Positions 24,837 through 37,772 of a stretch of DNA of 64,000 nt are shown in pieces (positions within the stretch are counted from its first letter, which is position 1; each line of letters opens with the position of its first letter). The notes beneath the pieces were generated by a model. The model made no database searches, was not told the DNA's origin, and worked only from the letters and a program-made list of their open reading frames with translations. A program made the position numbers and the translations under genes. Origin of the DNA: Anthoceros angustus (lineage: Eukaryota > Plantae > Anthocerotophyta); assembly GCA_010909165.1 (NCBI GenBank), contig VJWM01000281.1:75247-139246 (forward strand), in the 5' to 3' direction.

Positions 24837-24879
24837 AGCTAGCTAGCTAGCTAGCTAGCTAGCTAGCTAGCTAGCTAGC
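24837..24879. repeat. (GCTA)n expansion, ~10 units
   Basis: Expansion of the (GCTA)3 present in regular units. Confidence 0.9.
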
Positions 24880-25822
24880 CTAGGTTAACTCACTAGAGCA
24901 TAGTTAGCAAACCGTAGTCAAGAACCTCGGGTTACACAAATTGGACATGGACACGGACCAAGCCGCAGGGCTACAAGTCACACGCCAAGATCAAGAAGAC
25001 TCTCTTCTTGGCATGCAAGTCCTTGCACTACATGTCGGTACTAGGTGCTTCTTTGGCTTCTTGATCCCACTCCTCGTGAGACAGTTTTATGAGCCTCCAA
25101 TGCGCCATGTGATTATTCTATTACTTGGCCAACTACTAGTTGAACTACATTATTTACATCGTCCTCGAAATTAGCATACAATGAGCCTAATTGTGTGTCT
25201 TCGTATATGTGGGGCGTAGTTTGATCTTGGCATGCAAGTCCTTGCACTACATGTCGGTACTAGGTGCTTCTTTGGCTTCTTGATCCCACTCCTCGTGAGA
25301 CAGTTTTATGAGCCTCCAATGCGCCATTTGATTATTCTTTTACTTGTTCAAGGTACAATACACTATTTCAAGATCGCAAAGTGGACATTTGAAAGGTCCT
25401 TGAGATAGCTTTGGCACGACTTTTGTGATTTGTTGAGTAGCCTACCAACTACGGACCGTGATCCAAGGACGAGCATAGTCTCGATGAGCTAAGCACCTAA
25501 TCGGTGCAGACGAGATGGTGGATCAAAAGAAGGAGATATGGGAGCTTGCGACTAACCATAGTCGTGCTAGCCTAGGTTAACTCACTAGAGCATAGTTAGC
25601 AAACCGTAGTCAAGAACCTCGGGTTACACAAATTGGACATGGACACGGACCAAGCCGCAGGGCTACAAGTCACACGCCAAGATCGCAATTTTTGATTTGT
25701 GGAGCAACCCACTAATGTTTCATTATAACTTATTTCAAAAACTTTAATCAAATCCATATGGACATATACATATGTCCAAACAACACAAATCAAAGCGTGA
25801 CGAGGAAAATGCAAATGCTAGC

Positions 25823-26134
25823 CTAGTCTAGAAAAATAATGAGTTTTGCTTTCTCACCGTCTTCTTGGCATTTTCGGCTGATTTGTGGAGCAACCCACTG
25901 TAGTAGACATCGATTGGCACGCTTAGGCTATGAATATCGATCTCAAATATTTTTGCCAACTTCATTGCTAGTTCTAAATAAAGCTCCAAAACCTACATTA
26001 TTTACATCCTCCTTCTTGTTCAAGGTACAATACACTATTTCAAGATCGCAAAGTGGACATTTGAAAGGTCCTTGAGATAGCTTTGGCACGACTTTTGTGA
26101 TTTTTGGTTTTGCCCAGCTCTTACGCTTGCCCAT
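25823..26134 (-). pseudogene. ELF1: Elf1-like, copy 8 (mosaic, with inserted unit fragments)
   Basis: ATG 26134, stop 25823; N-half in frame (ORF-track 25943-26371), with insertions in the 3' half. Confidence 0.65.
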
Positions 26135-28656
26135 GTTTCTCAATGTCTTGTTCAAGGTACAATACACTCTTAAGTGCACAAGCACGAAGCAATTGTAACT
26201 ATGGTTGATATAAACATAATTTCTAAGAAGGCACAAGTTGGTCTTGAAGATGGTCTTTGCCCTCTTCCTCTTCTTGGCATTTTCGGCTGATTTGTGGAGC
26301 AACCCACTAATGTTTCTTGAAGATGGTCTTTGCCCTTTTGAGACATGTTGTATGATTCCCCAATGTGCCAAGAGATTATTCTTTTACTTGTTCAAGGTAC
26401 AATACACTATTTCAAGATCGCAGTGGACATTTGAAAGGTCCTTGAGATAGAGCAAGATGCAAGAAGGAGATGGGAGCTTGCGACTAACCATAGTCGTGCT
26501 AGCCTAGTCTAGAAAAATAATGAGTTTTGCTTTCTCACCGTCTTCTTGTTCAAACATGAAGATCACTTTTTGGTCTTGAAGATCTCAATGCACCGGAGTG
26601 GATCAAAGAAGGAGATGGGAGCTTGCTCAATCCGCCGTGACGATTAACAAAAGCTCATACACTCTTAAGTGCACAAGCACGAAGCAATTGTAACTATGGT
26701 TGATATAAACATAATTTCTAAGAAGGCACAAGTTGGTCTTGAAGATCTCAATGCACCGGAGTGGATCAAAGAAGGAGATGGGAGCTTGCGACTAACCATA
26801 GTCGTGCTAGCCTAGTCTAGAAAAATAATGAGTTTTGCTTTCTCACCGTCTTCTTGGCATGCAAGTCCTTGCACTACATGTTTCTTGAAGATCTCAATGC
26901 ACCGGAGTGGATCAAAAGAAGGAGATGGGAGCTTGCGACTAACCATAGTCGTGCTAGCCTAGGTTAACTCACTAGAGCATAGTTAGCAAACCGTAGTCAA
27001 GAACCTCGGGTTACACAAATTGGACATGGACACGGACCAAGCCGCAGGGCTACAAGTCACACGCCAAGATCAAGAAGACTCTCTTCTTCTATTTATCTAT
27101 CTAGGTACATGATGGCATCAACAAATCCATCAATTGCAAGAATGTATCCAAGATGGGGTATTGTTATTCTTTTACTTGTTCAAGGTACAATACACTATTT
27201 CAAGATCAAGAAGACTCTCTTCTTCTTCTTGTTCAAACATGAAGATCACTTTTTGGTTGGAAGTTTCATGCCAAAGCTGGTTAAAAGTAACGTTTGGGTC
27301 GGACCGTTCGATGATAGTTCATACATGCCACATAAGCAATCATGCTTTAGTAGAGAAATTGATCCAAAATAGAATGGGTGTAGTTGATCTTGGCATTTTC
27401 GGCTGATTTGTGGAGCAACCCACTAATGTTTCTCAATGTCTTGTTCAAGGTACAATACACTATTTCAAGATCGCAAAGTGGACATTTGAAAGGTCCTTGA
27501 GATAGCTTTGGCACGACTTTTGTGATTTTTGGTTTTGCCCAGCTCTTACGCTTGCCCATGTTTCTCAATGTCTTGTTCAAGGTACAATACACTATTTCAA
27601 GATCGCAGTGGACATTTGAAAGGTCCTTGAGATAGCTTTGGCACGACTTTTGTGATTTTTGGTTGGAAGTTTCATGCCAAAGCTGGTTAAAAGTAACGTT
27701 TGGGTCGGACCGTTCGATGATAGTTCATACATGCCACATAAGCAATCATGCTTTAGTAGAGAAATTAATCCAAAATAGAATGGGTGTAGTTTCTCAATGT
27801 CTTGTTCAAACATGAAGATCACTTTTTGGTCTTGAAGATCTCAATGCACCGGAGTGGATCAAAGAAGGAGATGGGAGCTTGCGACTAACCATAGTCGTGC
27901 TAGCCTAGTCTAGAAAAATAATGAGTTTTGCTTTCTCACCGTCTTCTTGTTCAAGGTACAATACACTATTTCAAGATCGCAGTGGACATTTGAAAGGTCC
28001 TTGAGATAGCTTTGGCACGACTTTTGTGATTTTTGGTTGGAAGTTTCATGCCAAAGCTGGTTAAAAGTAACGTTTGGGTCGGACCGTTCGATGATAGTTC
28101 ATGTAGTTCAAATCCGCCACTTGGCCAATCACGATGATTACTTTTGGTCTTTGCCCTTTTCTATTCTTGGAATTTTGGTGATTTGTGGAGCAACCCACTA
28201 ATGTTTCATTATAACTTATTCAAAAACTTTAATCAAATCCAAAATAGAATGGGTGTAGTTTCTCTTTGATGTAGACTAGGTTTTCAAAGTTTTGGTGTTT
28301 CATACTCAAGATGGGGTATTGTTATTCTTTTACTTGTTCAAGGTACAATACACTATTTCAAGATCGCAGTGGACATTTGAAAGGTCCTTGATAGCTTTGG
28401 CACGACTTTTGTGATTTTTGGTTGGAAGTTTCATGCCACATAAGCAATCATGCTTTAGTAGAGAAATTGATCCAAAATAGAATGGGTGTAGTTTCTCTTT
28501 GATGTAGACTAGGTTTTCAAAGTTTTGGTGTTTCATACTCAAGATGGGGTATTGTTATTCTTTTACTTGTTCAAGGTACAATACACTATTTCAAGATCGC
28601 AAAGTGGACATTTGAAAGGTCCTTGATAGCTTTGGCACGACTTTTGTGATTTTTGG

Positions 28657-29050
28657 TTGGAAGTTTCATGCCAAAGCTGGTTAAAAGTAACGTTTGGGTC
28701 GGACCGTTCGATGATAGTTCATGTAGTTCAAATCCGCCACTTGGCCAATCACGATGATTACTTTTGGTCTTTGCCCTTTTCTATTCTTGGAATTTTGGTT
28801 GGAAGTTTCATGCCAAAGCTGGTTAAAAGTAACGTTTGGGTCGGACCGTTCGATGATAGTTCATGTAGTTCAAATCCGCCACTTGGCCAATCACGATGAT
28901 TACTTTTGGTCTTTGCCCTTTTCTATTCTTGGAATTTTGGTTGGAAGTTTCATGCCAAAGCTGGTTAAAAGTAACGTTTGGGTCGGACCGTTCGATGATA
29001 GTTCATGTAGTTCAAATCCGCCACTTGGCCAATCACGATGATTACTTTTG
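28657..29050. repeat. 142-bp tandem loop, ~3 copies
   Basis: TTGGAAGTTTCATGCC restarts at 28657, 28799 and 28941. Confidence 0.9.
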
Positions 29051-29298
29051 GTCTTTGCCTTTTGAGACATGTTGTATGATTCCCCAATGTGCCAAGAGAT
29101 TATTCTATTACTTGGCCAATCACGATGATTACTTTTGGTCTTTGCCTTTTGAGACATGTTGTATGATTCCCCAATGTGCCAAGAGATTATTCTTTTACTT
29201 GTTCAAGGTACAATACACTATTTCAAGATCGCAAAGTGGACATTTGAAAGGTCCTTGATAGCTTTGGCACGACTTTTGTGATTTTTGGTTGGAAGTTT

Positions 29299-30600
29299 CA
29301 TGCCAAAGCTGGTTAAAAGTAACGTTTGGGTCGGACCGTTCGATGATAGTTCATACATGCCACATAAGCAATCATGCTTTAGTAGAGAAATTGATCCAAA
29401 ATAGAATGGGTGTAGTTTCTCTTTGATGTAGACTAGGTTTTCAAAGTTTTGGTGTTTCATGCCAAAGCTGGTTAAAAGTAACGTTTGGGTCGGACCGTTC
29501 GATGATAGTTCATACATGCCACATAAGCAATCATGCTTTAGTAGAGAAATTGATCCAAAATAGAATGGGTGTAGTTTCTCTTTGATGTAGACTAGGTTTT
29601 CAAAGTTTTGGTGTTTCATACTCAAGATCAAGAAGACTCTCTTCTTCATGCCACATAAGCAATCATGCTTTAGTAGAGAAATTGATCCAAAATAGAATGG
29701 GTGTAGTTGATCTTGGCATTTTCGGCTGATTTGTTGAGTAGCCTACCAACTACGGACCGTGATCCAAGAAGACTCTCTTCATGCCAAAGCTGGTTAAAAG
29801 TAACGTTTGGGTCGGACCGTTCGATGATAGTTCATACATGCCACATAAGCAATCATGCTTTAGTAGAGAAATTGATCCAAAATAGAATGGGTGTAGTTTC
29901 TCTTTGATGTAGACTAGGTTTTCAAAGTTTTGGTGTTTCATACTCAAGATCAAGAAGACTCTCTTCTTCATGCCAAAGCTGGTTAAAAGTAACGTTTGGG
30001 TCGGACCGTTCGATGATAGTTCATACATGCCACATAAGCAATCATGCTTTAGTAGAGAAATTGATCCAAAATAGAATGGGTGTAGTTTCTCTTTGATGTA
30101 GACTAGGTTTTCAAAGTTTTGGTGTTTCATACTCAAGATGGGGTATTGTTATTCTTCTTCATGCCAAAGCTGGTTAAAAGTAACGTTTGGGTCGGACCGT
30201 TCGATGATAGTTCATACATGCCACATAAGCAATCATGCTTTAGTAGAGAAATTGATCCAAAATAGAATGGGTGTAGTTTCTCTTTGATGTAGACTAGGTT
30301 TTCAAAGTTTTGGTGTTTCATGCCAAAGCTGGTTAAAAGTAACGTTTGGGTCGGACCGTTCGATGATAGTTCATACATGCCACATAAGCAATCATGCTTT
30401 AGTAGAGAAATTGATCCAAAATAGAATGGGTGTAGTTTCTCTTTGATGTAGACTAGGTTTTCAAAGTTTTGGTGTTTCATGCCAAAGCTGGTTAAAAGTA
30501 ACGTTTGGGTCGGACCGTTCGATGATAGTTCATGTAGTTCAAATCCAAAATAGAATGGGTGTAGTTTCTCTTTGATGTAGACTAGGTTTTCAAAGTTTTG
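29299..30600. repeat. 159-bp loops and variants
   Basis: CATGCCAAAGCTGG at 29299 and 29458, and at 30160, 30319 and 30478. Confidence 0.85.
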
Positions 30601-32107
30601 GTGATTTGTTGAGTAGCCTACCAACTACGGACCGTGATCCAAGGACGAGCATAGTCTCGATGAGCTAAGCACCTAATCGCTGCACGAGCAGCCGCACGAG
30701 ATGGTGGATCGCAGCAGCTGGCGACTAACCATAGTCGTGCTAGCCTAGGTTAACTCACTAGAGCATAGTTAGCAAACCGTAGTCAAGTTGGTCTTGAAGA
30801 TGGTGGATCAAAAGAAGGAGCGAAATTGGAGAAACATTTTAGCACAAGTCATGCGAGACCCACCTCTGGACAAGAGATTATTCTTTTACTTGTTCAAGGT
30901 ACAATACACTATTTCAAGATCAAGAAGACTCTCTTCTTGGCATGCAAGTCCTTGCACTACATGTCGGTACTAGGTGCTTCTTTGGCTTCTTGATCCCACT
31001 CCTCGTGAGACAAGTTTTATGAGCCTCCAATGTGCCAAGAGATTATTCTTTTACTTGTTCAAGGTACAATACACTATTTCAAGATCAAGAAGACTCTCTT
31101 CTTGTTCAAGGTACAATACACTATTTCAAGATCGCAGTGGACATTTGAAAGGTCCTTGATAGCTTTGGCACGACTTTTGTGATTTTGGTGATTTGTTGAG
31201 TAGCCTACCAACTACGGACCGTGATCCAAGAAGGAGATATGGGAGCTTGCTCAATCCGCCGTGATAGCTTTGGCACGACTTTTGTGATTTTGGTGATTTG
31301 TGGAGCAACCCACTAATGTTTCATTATAACTTATTTCAAAAACTTTAATCAAATCCAAAATAGAATGGGTGTAGTTTGGGTCGGACCGTTCGATGATAGT
31401 TCATACATGCCACATAAGCAATCATGCTTTAGTAGAGAAATTGATCCAAAATAGAATGGGTGTAGTTTGGGTCGGACCGTTCGATGATAGTTCATACATG
31501 CCACATAAGCAATCATGCTTTAGTAGAGAAGGAGATATGGGAGCTTGCTCAATCACGATGATTACTTTTGGTCTTGAAGATGGTGGATCAAAAGAAGGAG
31601 ATATGGGAGCTTGCTCAATCACGATGATTACTTTTGGTCTTTGCCCTTTTCTATTCTTGGAATTTTTGGTTGGAAGTTTCATGCCAAAGCTGGTTAAAAG
31701 TAACGTTTGGGTCGGACCGTTCGATGATAGTTCATACATGCCACATAAGCAATCATGCTTTAGTAGAGAAATTGATCCAAAATAGAATGGGTGTAGTTTC
31801 TCTTTGATGTAGACTAAGCTTGAACTATCATTGAACTACTAGTTTGGCATGCAAGTCCTTGCACTACATGTCGGTACTAGGTGCTTCTTTGGCTTCTTGA
31901 TCCCACTCCTCGTGAGACAAGTTTTATGAGCCTCCAATGCGCCATGTGATTATTCTTTTACTTGTTCAAGGTACAATACACTATTTCAAGATCAAGAAGA
32001 CTCTCTTCTTGTTCAAGGTACAATACACTATTTCAAGATCGCAGTGGACATTTGAAAGGTCCTTGATAGCTTTGGCACGACTTTTGTGATTTGTTGAGTA
32101 GCCTACC

Positions 32108-32202
32108 AACTACTAGTTGAACTACTAGTTGAACTACTAGTTGAACTACTAGTTGAACTACTAGTTGAACTACTAGTTGAACTACTAGTTGAACTACTAG
32201 TT
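32108..32202. repeat. (AACTACTAGTTG)n, ~8 copies
   Basis: Perfect 12-bp period. Confidence 0.95.
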
Positions 32203-33245
32203 TGGCATGCAAGAAAAGGTTTTTTTTTTTTTTGGTTGTTTCATTATAACTTATTTCAAAAACTTTAATCAAATCCATATGGACATATACATGCCACATA
32301 AGCAATCATGCTTTAGTAGAGAAATTGATCCAAAATAGAATGGGTGTAGTTTCTCTTTGATGTAGACTAAGCTTGAACTATCATTGAACTACTAGTTGAA
32401 CTACTAGTTGAACTACTAGTTTGGCATGCAAGTCCTTGCACTACATGTTTCTTGAAGATGGTGGATCAAAAGAAGGAGATATGGGAGCTTGCTCAATCCG
32501 CCGTGATAGCTTTGGCACGACTTTTGTGATTTTGGTTGGAAGTTTCATGCCAAAGCTGGTTAAAAGTAACGTTTGGGTCGGACCGTTCGATGATAGTTCA
32601 TACATGCCACATAAGCAATCATGCTTTAGTAGAGAAATTGATCCAAAATAGAATGGGTGTAGTTCAAATCCATATGGACATATACATGCCACATAAGCAA
32701 TCATGCTTTAGTAGAGAAATTGATCCAAAATAGAATGGGTGTAGTTTCTCTTTGATGTAGACTAAGCTTGAACTATCATTGAACTACTAGTTTGGCATGC
32801 AAGTCCTTGCACTACATGTTTCTTGAAGATCACTTTTGGTCTTTGCCTCTTCTTGTTCAAACATGAAGATCACTTTTGGTCTTGAAGATCACTTTTGGTC
32901 TTTGCCTCTTCTTGTTCAAGGTACAATACACTATTTCAAGATCGCAGTGGACATTTGAAAGGTCCTTGATAGCTTTGGCACGACTTTTGTGATTTTGGTG
33001 ATTTGTGGAGCAACCCACTAATGTTTCATTATAACTTATTTCAAAAACTTTAATCAAATCCATCAATTGCAAGAATGTATCCAAGATGGGGTATTGTTAT
33101 TCTTCTTCTATTTATTCAAAGATATTTACAAGCCAGCTCACAAAACCCTATTGTGGCTATCATGATGTGCAAGCTTGATCACATGTTGCTCACCCTAATA
33201 AACCCCACGGTCCTAGTTCATGTAGTTCAAATCCGCCACTTGGCC

Positions 33246-33377
33246 AACTACTAGTTGAACTACTAGTTGAACTACTAGTTGAACTACTAGTTGAACTACT
33301 AGTTGAACTACTAGTTGAACTACTAGTTGAACTACTAGTTGAACTACTAGTTGAACTACTAGTTGAACTACTAGTTG
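33246..33377. repeat. (AACTACTAGTTG)11
   Basis: Perfect 12-bp period. Confidence 0.95.
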
Positions 33378-34779
33378 AAGAGGAGGAAAATGCAAATGCT
33401 AGCCTAGTCTAGAAAAATAATGAGTTTTGCTTTCTCACCGTCTTCTTGTTCAAACATGAAGATCACTTTTGGTCTTGAAGATGGTGGATCAAAAGAAGGA
33501 GATATGGGAGCTTGCTCAATCCGCCGTGATTAACAAAAGCTCATACACTCTTAAGTGCACAAGCACGAAGCAATTGTAACTATGGTTGATATAAACATAA
33601 TTTCTAAGAAGGCACAAGTTGGTCTTGAAGATGGTGGATCAAAAGAAGGAGATATGGGAGCTTGCTCAATCCGCCGTGATTAACAAAAGCTCATACACTC
33701 TTAAGTGCACAAGCACGAAGCAATTGTAACTATGGTTGATATAAACATAATTTCTAAGAAGGCACAAGTTGGTCTTGAAGATCACTTTTGGTCTTGAAGA
33801 TCTCAATGCCTTTTGAGACATGTTGTATGATTCCCCAATGTGCCAAGAGATTATTCTATTACTTGGCCAATCACGATGATTACTTTTGGTCTTTGCCCTT
33901 TTCTATTCTTGGAATTTTGATGTAGACTAGGTTTTCAAAGTTTTGGTGTTTCATACTCAAGATGGGAGCTTGCTCAATCCGCCACTTGGCCAATCACGAT
34001 GATTACTTTTGGTCTTGAAGATGGTGGACCGTTCGATGATAGTTCATACATGCCACATAAGCAATCATGCTTTAGTAGAGAAATTGATCCAAAATAGAAT
34101 GGGTGGAAAGGCAAGGAGTTGGAGATACATGGAGTCGCACAAAACCCTATTGTGGCTATCATGATGTGCAAGCTTGATCACATGTTGCTCACCCTAATAA
34201 ACCCCACGGTCCTAGTTCATGTAGTTCAAATCCGCCACTTGGCCAATCACGATGATTACTTTTGGTCTTTGCCCTCTTCCTCTTCTTGTTCAAGGTACAA
34301 TACACTATTTCAAGATCGCAGTGGACATTTGAAAGCAAGCTAGAGAAGGAGAGGCACCACCGAGATGTTTTGGTTTTGCCCAGCTCTTACGCTTGCCCAT
34401 GTTTCTTGAAATGCAAATGCTAGCCTAGGTTAACTCACTAGAGCATAGTTAGCAAACCGTAGTCAAGAACCTCGGGTTACACAAATTGGACATGGACACG
34501 GACCAAGCCGCAGGGCTACAAGTCACACGCGCCAAGATCAAGAAGGCACAAGTTGGTCTTGAAGATGGTGGATCAAAAGAAGGAGATATGGGAGCTTGCT
34601 CAATCCGCCACTTGGCCAATCACGATTAACAAAAGCTCATACACTCTTAAGTGCACAAGCACGAAGCAATTGTAACTATGGTTGATATAAACATAATTTC
34701 TAAGAAGGCACAAGTTGGTCTTGAAGATGGTGGATCAAAAGAAGGAGATATGGGAGCTTGCTCAATCCGCCACTTGGCC

Positions 34780-34862
34780 AACTACTAGTTGAACTACTAG
34801 TTGAACTACTAGTTGAACTACTAGTTGAACTACTAGTTGAACTACTAGTTGAACTACTAGTT
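34780..34862. repeat. (AACTACTAGTTG)n, ~7 copies
   Basis: Perfect 12-bp period. Confidence 0.95.
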
Positions 34863-35366
34863 TGGCATGCAAGTCCTTGCACTACATGTCGGTACTAGGT
34901 GCTTCTTTGGCTTGATCACATGTTGCTCACCCTAATAAACCCCACGGTCCTAGTTCATGTAGTTCATGTAGTTCAATCTAGGTACATGATCATCAACAAA
35001 TCCATCAATTGCAAGAATGTATCCAACGATGGACAATAAACACCAACAATATTTTTGCCAACTTCATTGCTAGTTCTAAATAAAGCTCCAAAACTACATT
35101 ATTTACATCGTCTCAAATTAGCATACAATGAGCCTAATTGTGTGTCTTCGTATATGTGGGCGTAGTTGATCTTGGCATGCAAGTCCTTGCACTACATGTC
35201 GGTACTAGGTGCTTCTTTGGCTTGATCCCACTCCTCGTGAGACAGTTTTATGAGCCTCCAATGCGCCATGTGATTATTCTATTACTTGGCCAATCACGAT
35301 GATTACTTTTTGGTCTTTGCCCTTTTCTATTCTTGGAATTTTGATCGATTTGTTGAGTAGCCTACC

Positions 35367-35533
35367 AACTACTAGTTGAACTACTAGTTGAACTACTAGT
35401 TGAACTACTAGTTGAACTACTAGTTGAACTACTAGTTGAACTACTAGTTGAACTACTAGTTGAACTACTAGTTGAACTACTAGTTGAACTACTAGTTGAA
35501 CTACTAGTTGAACTACTAGTTGAACTACTAGTT
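35367..35533. repeat. (AACTACTAGTTG)n, ~14 copies
   Basis: Perfect 12-bp period; a further 5 copies lie at 35846-35905. Confidence 0.95.
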
Positions 35534-37682
35534 TGGCATGGACCTCTAATAGTTTTGAATAGGTTTTCAAAGTTTTGGTGTTTCATACTCAAGATGGGGT
35601 ATTGTTATTCTTCTTCTATTTATCTATCTAGGTACATGGTAGCATCAACAAATCCATCAATTGCAAGAATGTATCAAGAAGACTCTCTTCTTCATGCCAA
35701 AGCTGGTTAAAAGTAACGTTTGGGTCGGACCGTTCGATGATAGTTCATACATGCCACATAAGCAATCATGCTTTAGTAGAGAAATTGATCCAAAATAGAA
35801 TGGGTGTAGTTCAAATCCGCCATGTGATTATTCTATTACTTGGCCAACTACTAGTTGAACTACTAGTTGAACTACTAGTTGAACTACTAGTTGAACTACT
35901 AGTTGAACTACATTATTTACATCGTCCTCAAATATTTTTGCCAACTACTAGTTGAACTACTAGTTTGGCATGCAAGTCCTTGCACTACATGTCGGTACTA
36001 GGTGCTTCTTTGGCTTGATCACATGTTGCTCACCCTAATAAACCCCACGGTCCTAGTTCAAATCCAAAATAGAATGGGTGTAGTTCAAATCCGCCACTTG
36101 GCCAATCACGATGATTACTTTTGGTCTTTGCCCTCTTCCTCTTCTTGTTCAAGATCGCAGTGGACATTTGAAAGGTCCTTCACGGTGGAGCTTGCTCAAT
36201 CCGCCGTGATTAACAAAAGCTCATACACTCTTAAGTGCACAAGCACGAAGCAATTGTAACTATGGTTGATATAAACATAATTTCTAAGAAGGCACAAGTT
36301 GGTCTTGAAGATCTCAATGCACCGGAGTGGATCAAAGAAGGAGATAGTTCATACATGCCACATAAGCAATCATGCTTTAGTAGAGAAATTGATCCAAAAT
36401 AGAATGGGTGTAGTTTCTCTTTGATGTAGACTAGGTTTTCAAAGTTTTGGTGTTTCATACTCAAGATGGGAGCTTGCTCAATCCGCCACTTGGCCAATCA
36501 CGATGATTACTTTTGGTCTTTGCCCTCTTCCTCTTCTTGGCATGCAAGTCCTTGCACTACATGTCGGTACTAGGTGCTTCTTGATGATGAAGATTAAGGC
36601 CCTATCTAGGTACATGGTAGCATCAACAAATCCATCAATTGCAAGAATGTATCCAACGATGGACAATAAACACCAACAATATTTTTGCCAACTTCATTGC
36701 TAGTTCTAAATAAAGCTCCAAAACTACATTATTTACATCGTCCTCGAAATTAGCATACAATGAGCCTAATTGTGTGTCTTCGTATATGTGGGGCGTAGTT
36801 GATCTTGGCATGCAAGTCCTTGCACTACATGTCGGTACTAGGTGCTTCTTTGGCTTCTTGATCCCACTCCTCGTGAGACAGGTTTTATGAGCCTCCAATG
36901 CGCCATGTGATTATTCTATTACTTGGCCAATCACGATGATTACTTTTGGTCTTTGCCCTTTTCTATTCTTGGAATTTTGGTGATTTGTTGAGGTATTTGT
37001 TCACACGATGATTACTTTTGGTCTTGAAGATCTCAATGCACCGGAGTGGATCAAAGAAGGAGATAGTTCATACATGCCACATAAGCAATCATGCTTTAGT
37101 AGAGAAATTGATCCAAAATAGAATGGGTGTAGTTTCTCTTTGATGTAGACTAGGTTTTCAAAGTTTTGGTGTTTCATACTCAAGATGGGGTATTGTTATT
37201 CTTCTTCTTGTTCAAACATGAAGATCACTTTTGGTCTTGAAGATCTCAATGCACCGGAGTGGATCAAAGAAGGAGATATGGGAGCTTGCTCAATCCGCCA
37301 CTTGGCCAATCACGATGATTACTTTTGGTCTTTGCCCTCTTCTTGTTCAAACATGAAGATCACTTTTGGTCTTGAAGATCTCAATGCCATGTGATTATTC
37401 TTTACTTGTTCAAGGTACAATACACTATTTCAAGATCGCAGTGGACATTTGAAAGGTCCTTGAGATAGCTTTACGCTTGCCCATGTTTCTCAATGTCTTG
37501 TTCAAACATGAAGATCACTTTTGGTCTTGAAGATCTCAATGCACCGGAGTGGATCAAAGAAGGAGATATGGGAGCTTGCTCAATCCGCCGTGATTAACAA
37601 AAGCTCATACACTCTTAAGTGCACAAGCACGAAGCAATTGTAACTATGGTTGATATAAACATAATTTCTAAGAAGGCACAAG

Positions 37683-37772
37683 TTGGTCTTGAAGATCACT
37701 TTTGGTCTTGAAGATCACTTTTGGTCTTGAAGATCACTTTTGGTCTTGAAGATCACTTTTGGTCTTGAAGAT
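37683..37772. repeat. 19-bp tandem repeat (TTGGTCTTGAAGATCACTT), ~4.7 copies
   Basis: Directly visible. Confidence 0.9.

Noticed and set aside
29218-30624. Long minus-strand ORFs MSMKHQNFENLVYIKEKLHPFYFG...
   Set aside because: Their length comes from in-frame 159-bp loops; there is no recognisable domain, and the frame is closed in regular units.
32033-35592. ORFs with VVQL or SSTS repeats
   Set aside because: They are translations of the stop-free 12-bp repeat, not evidence of proteins.
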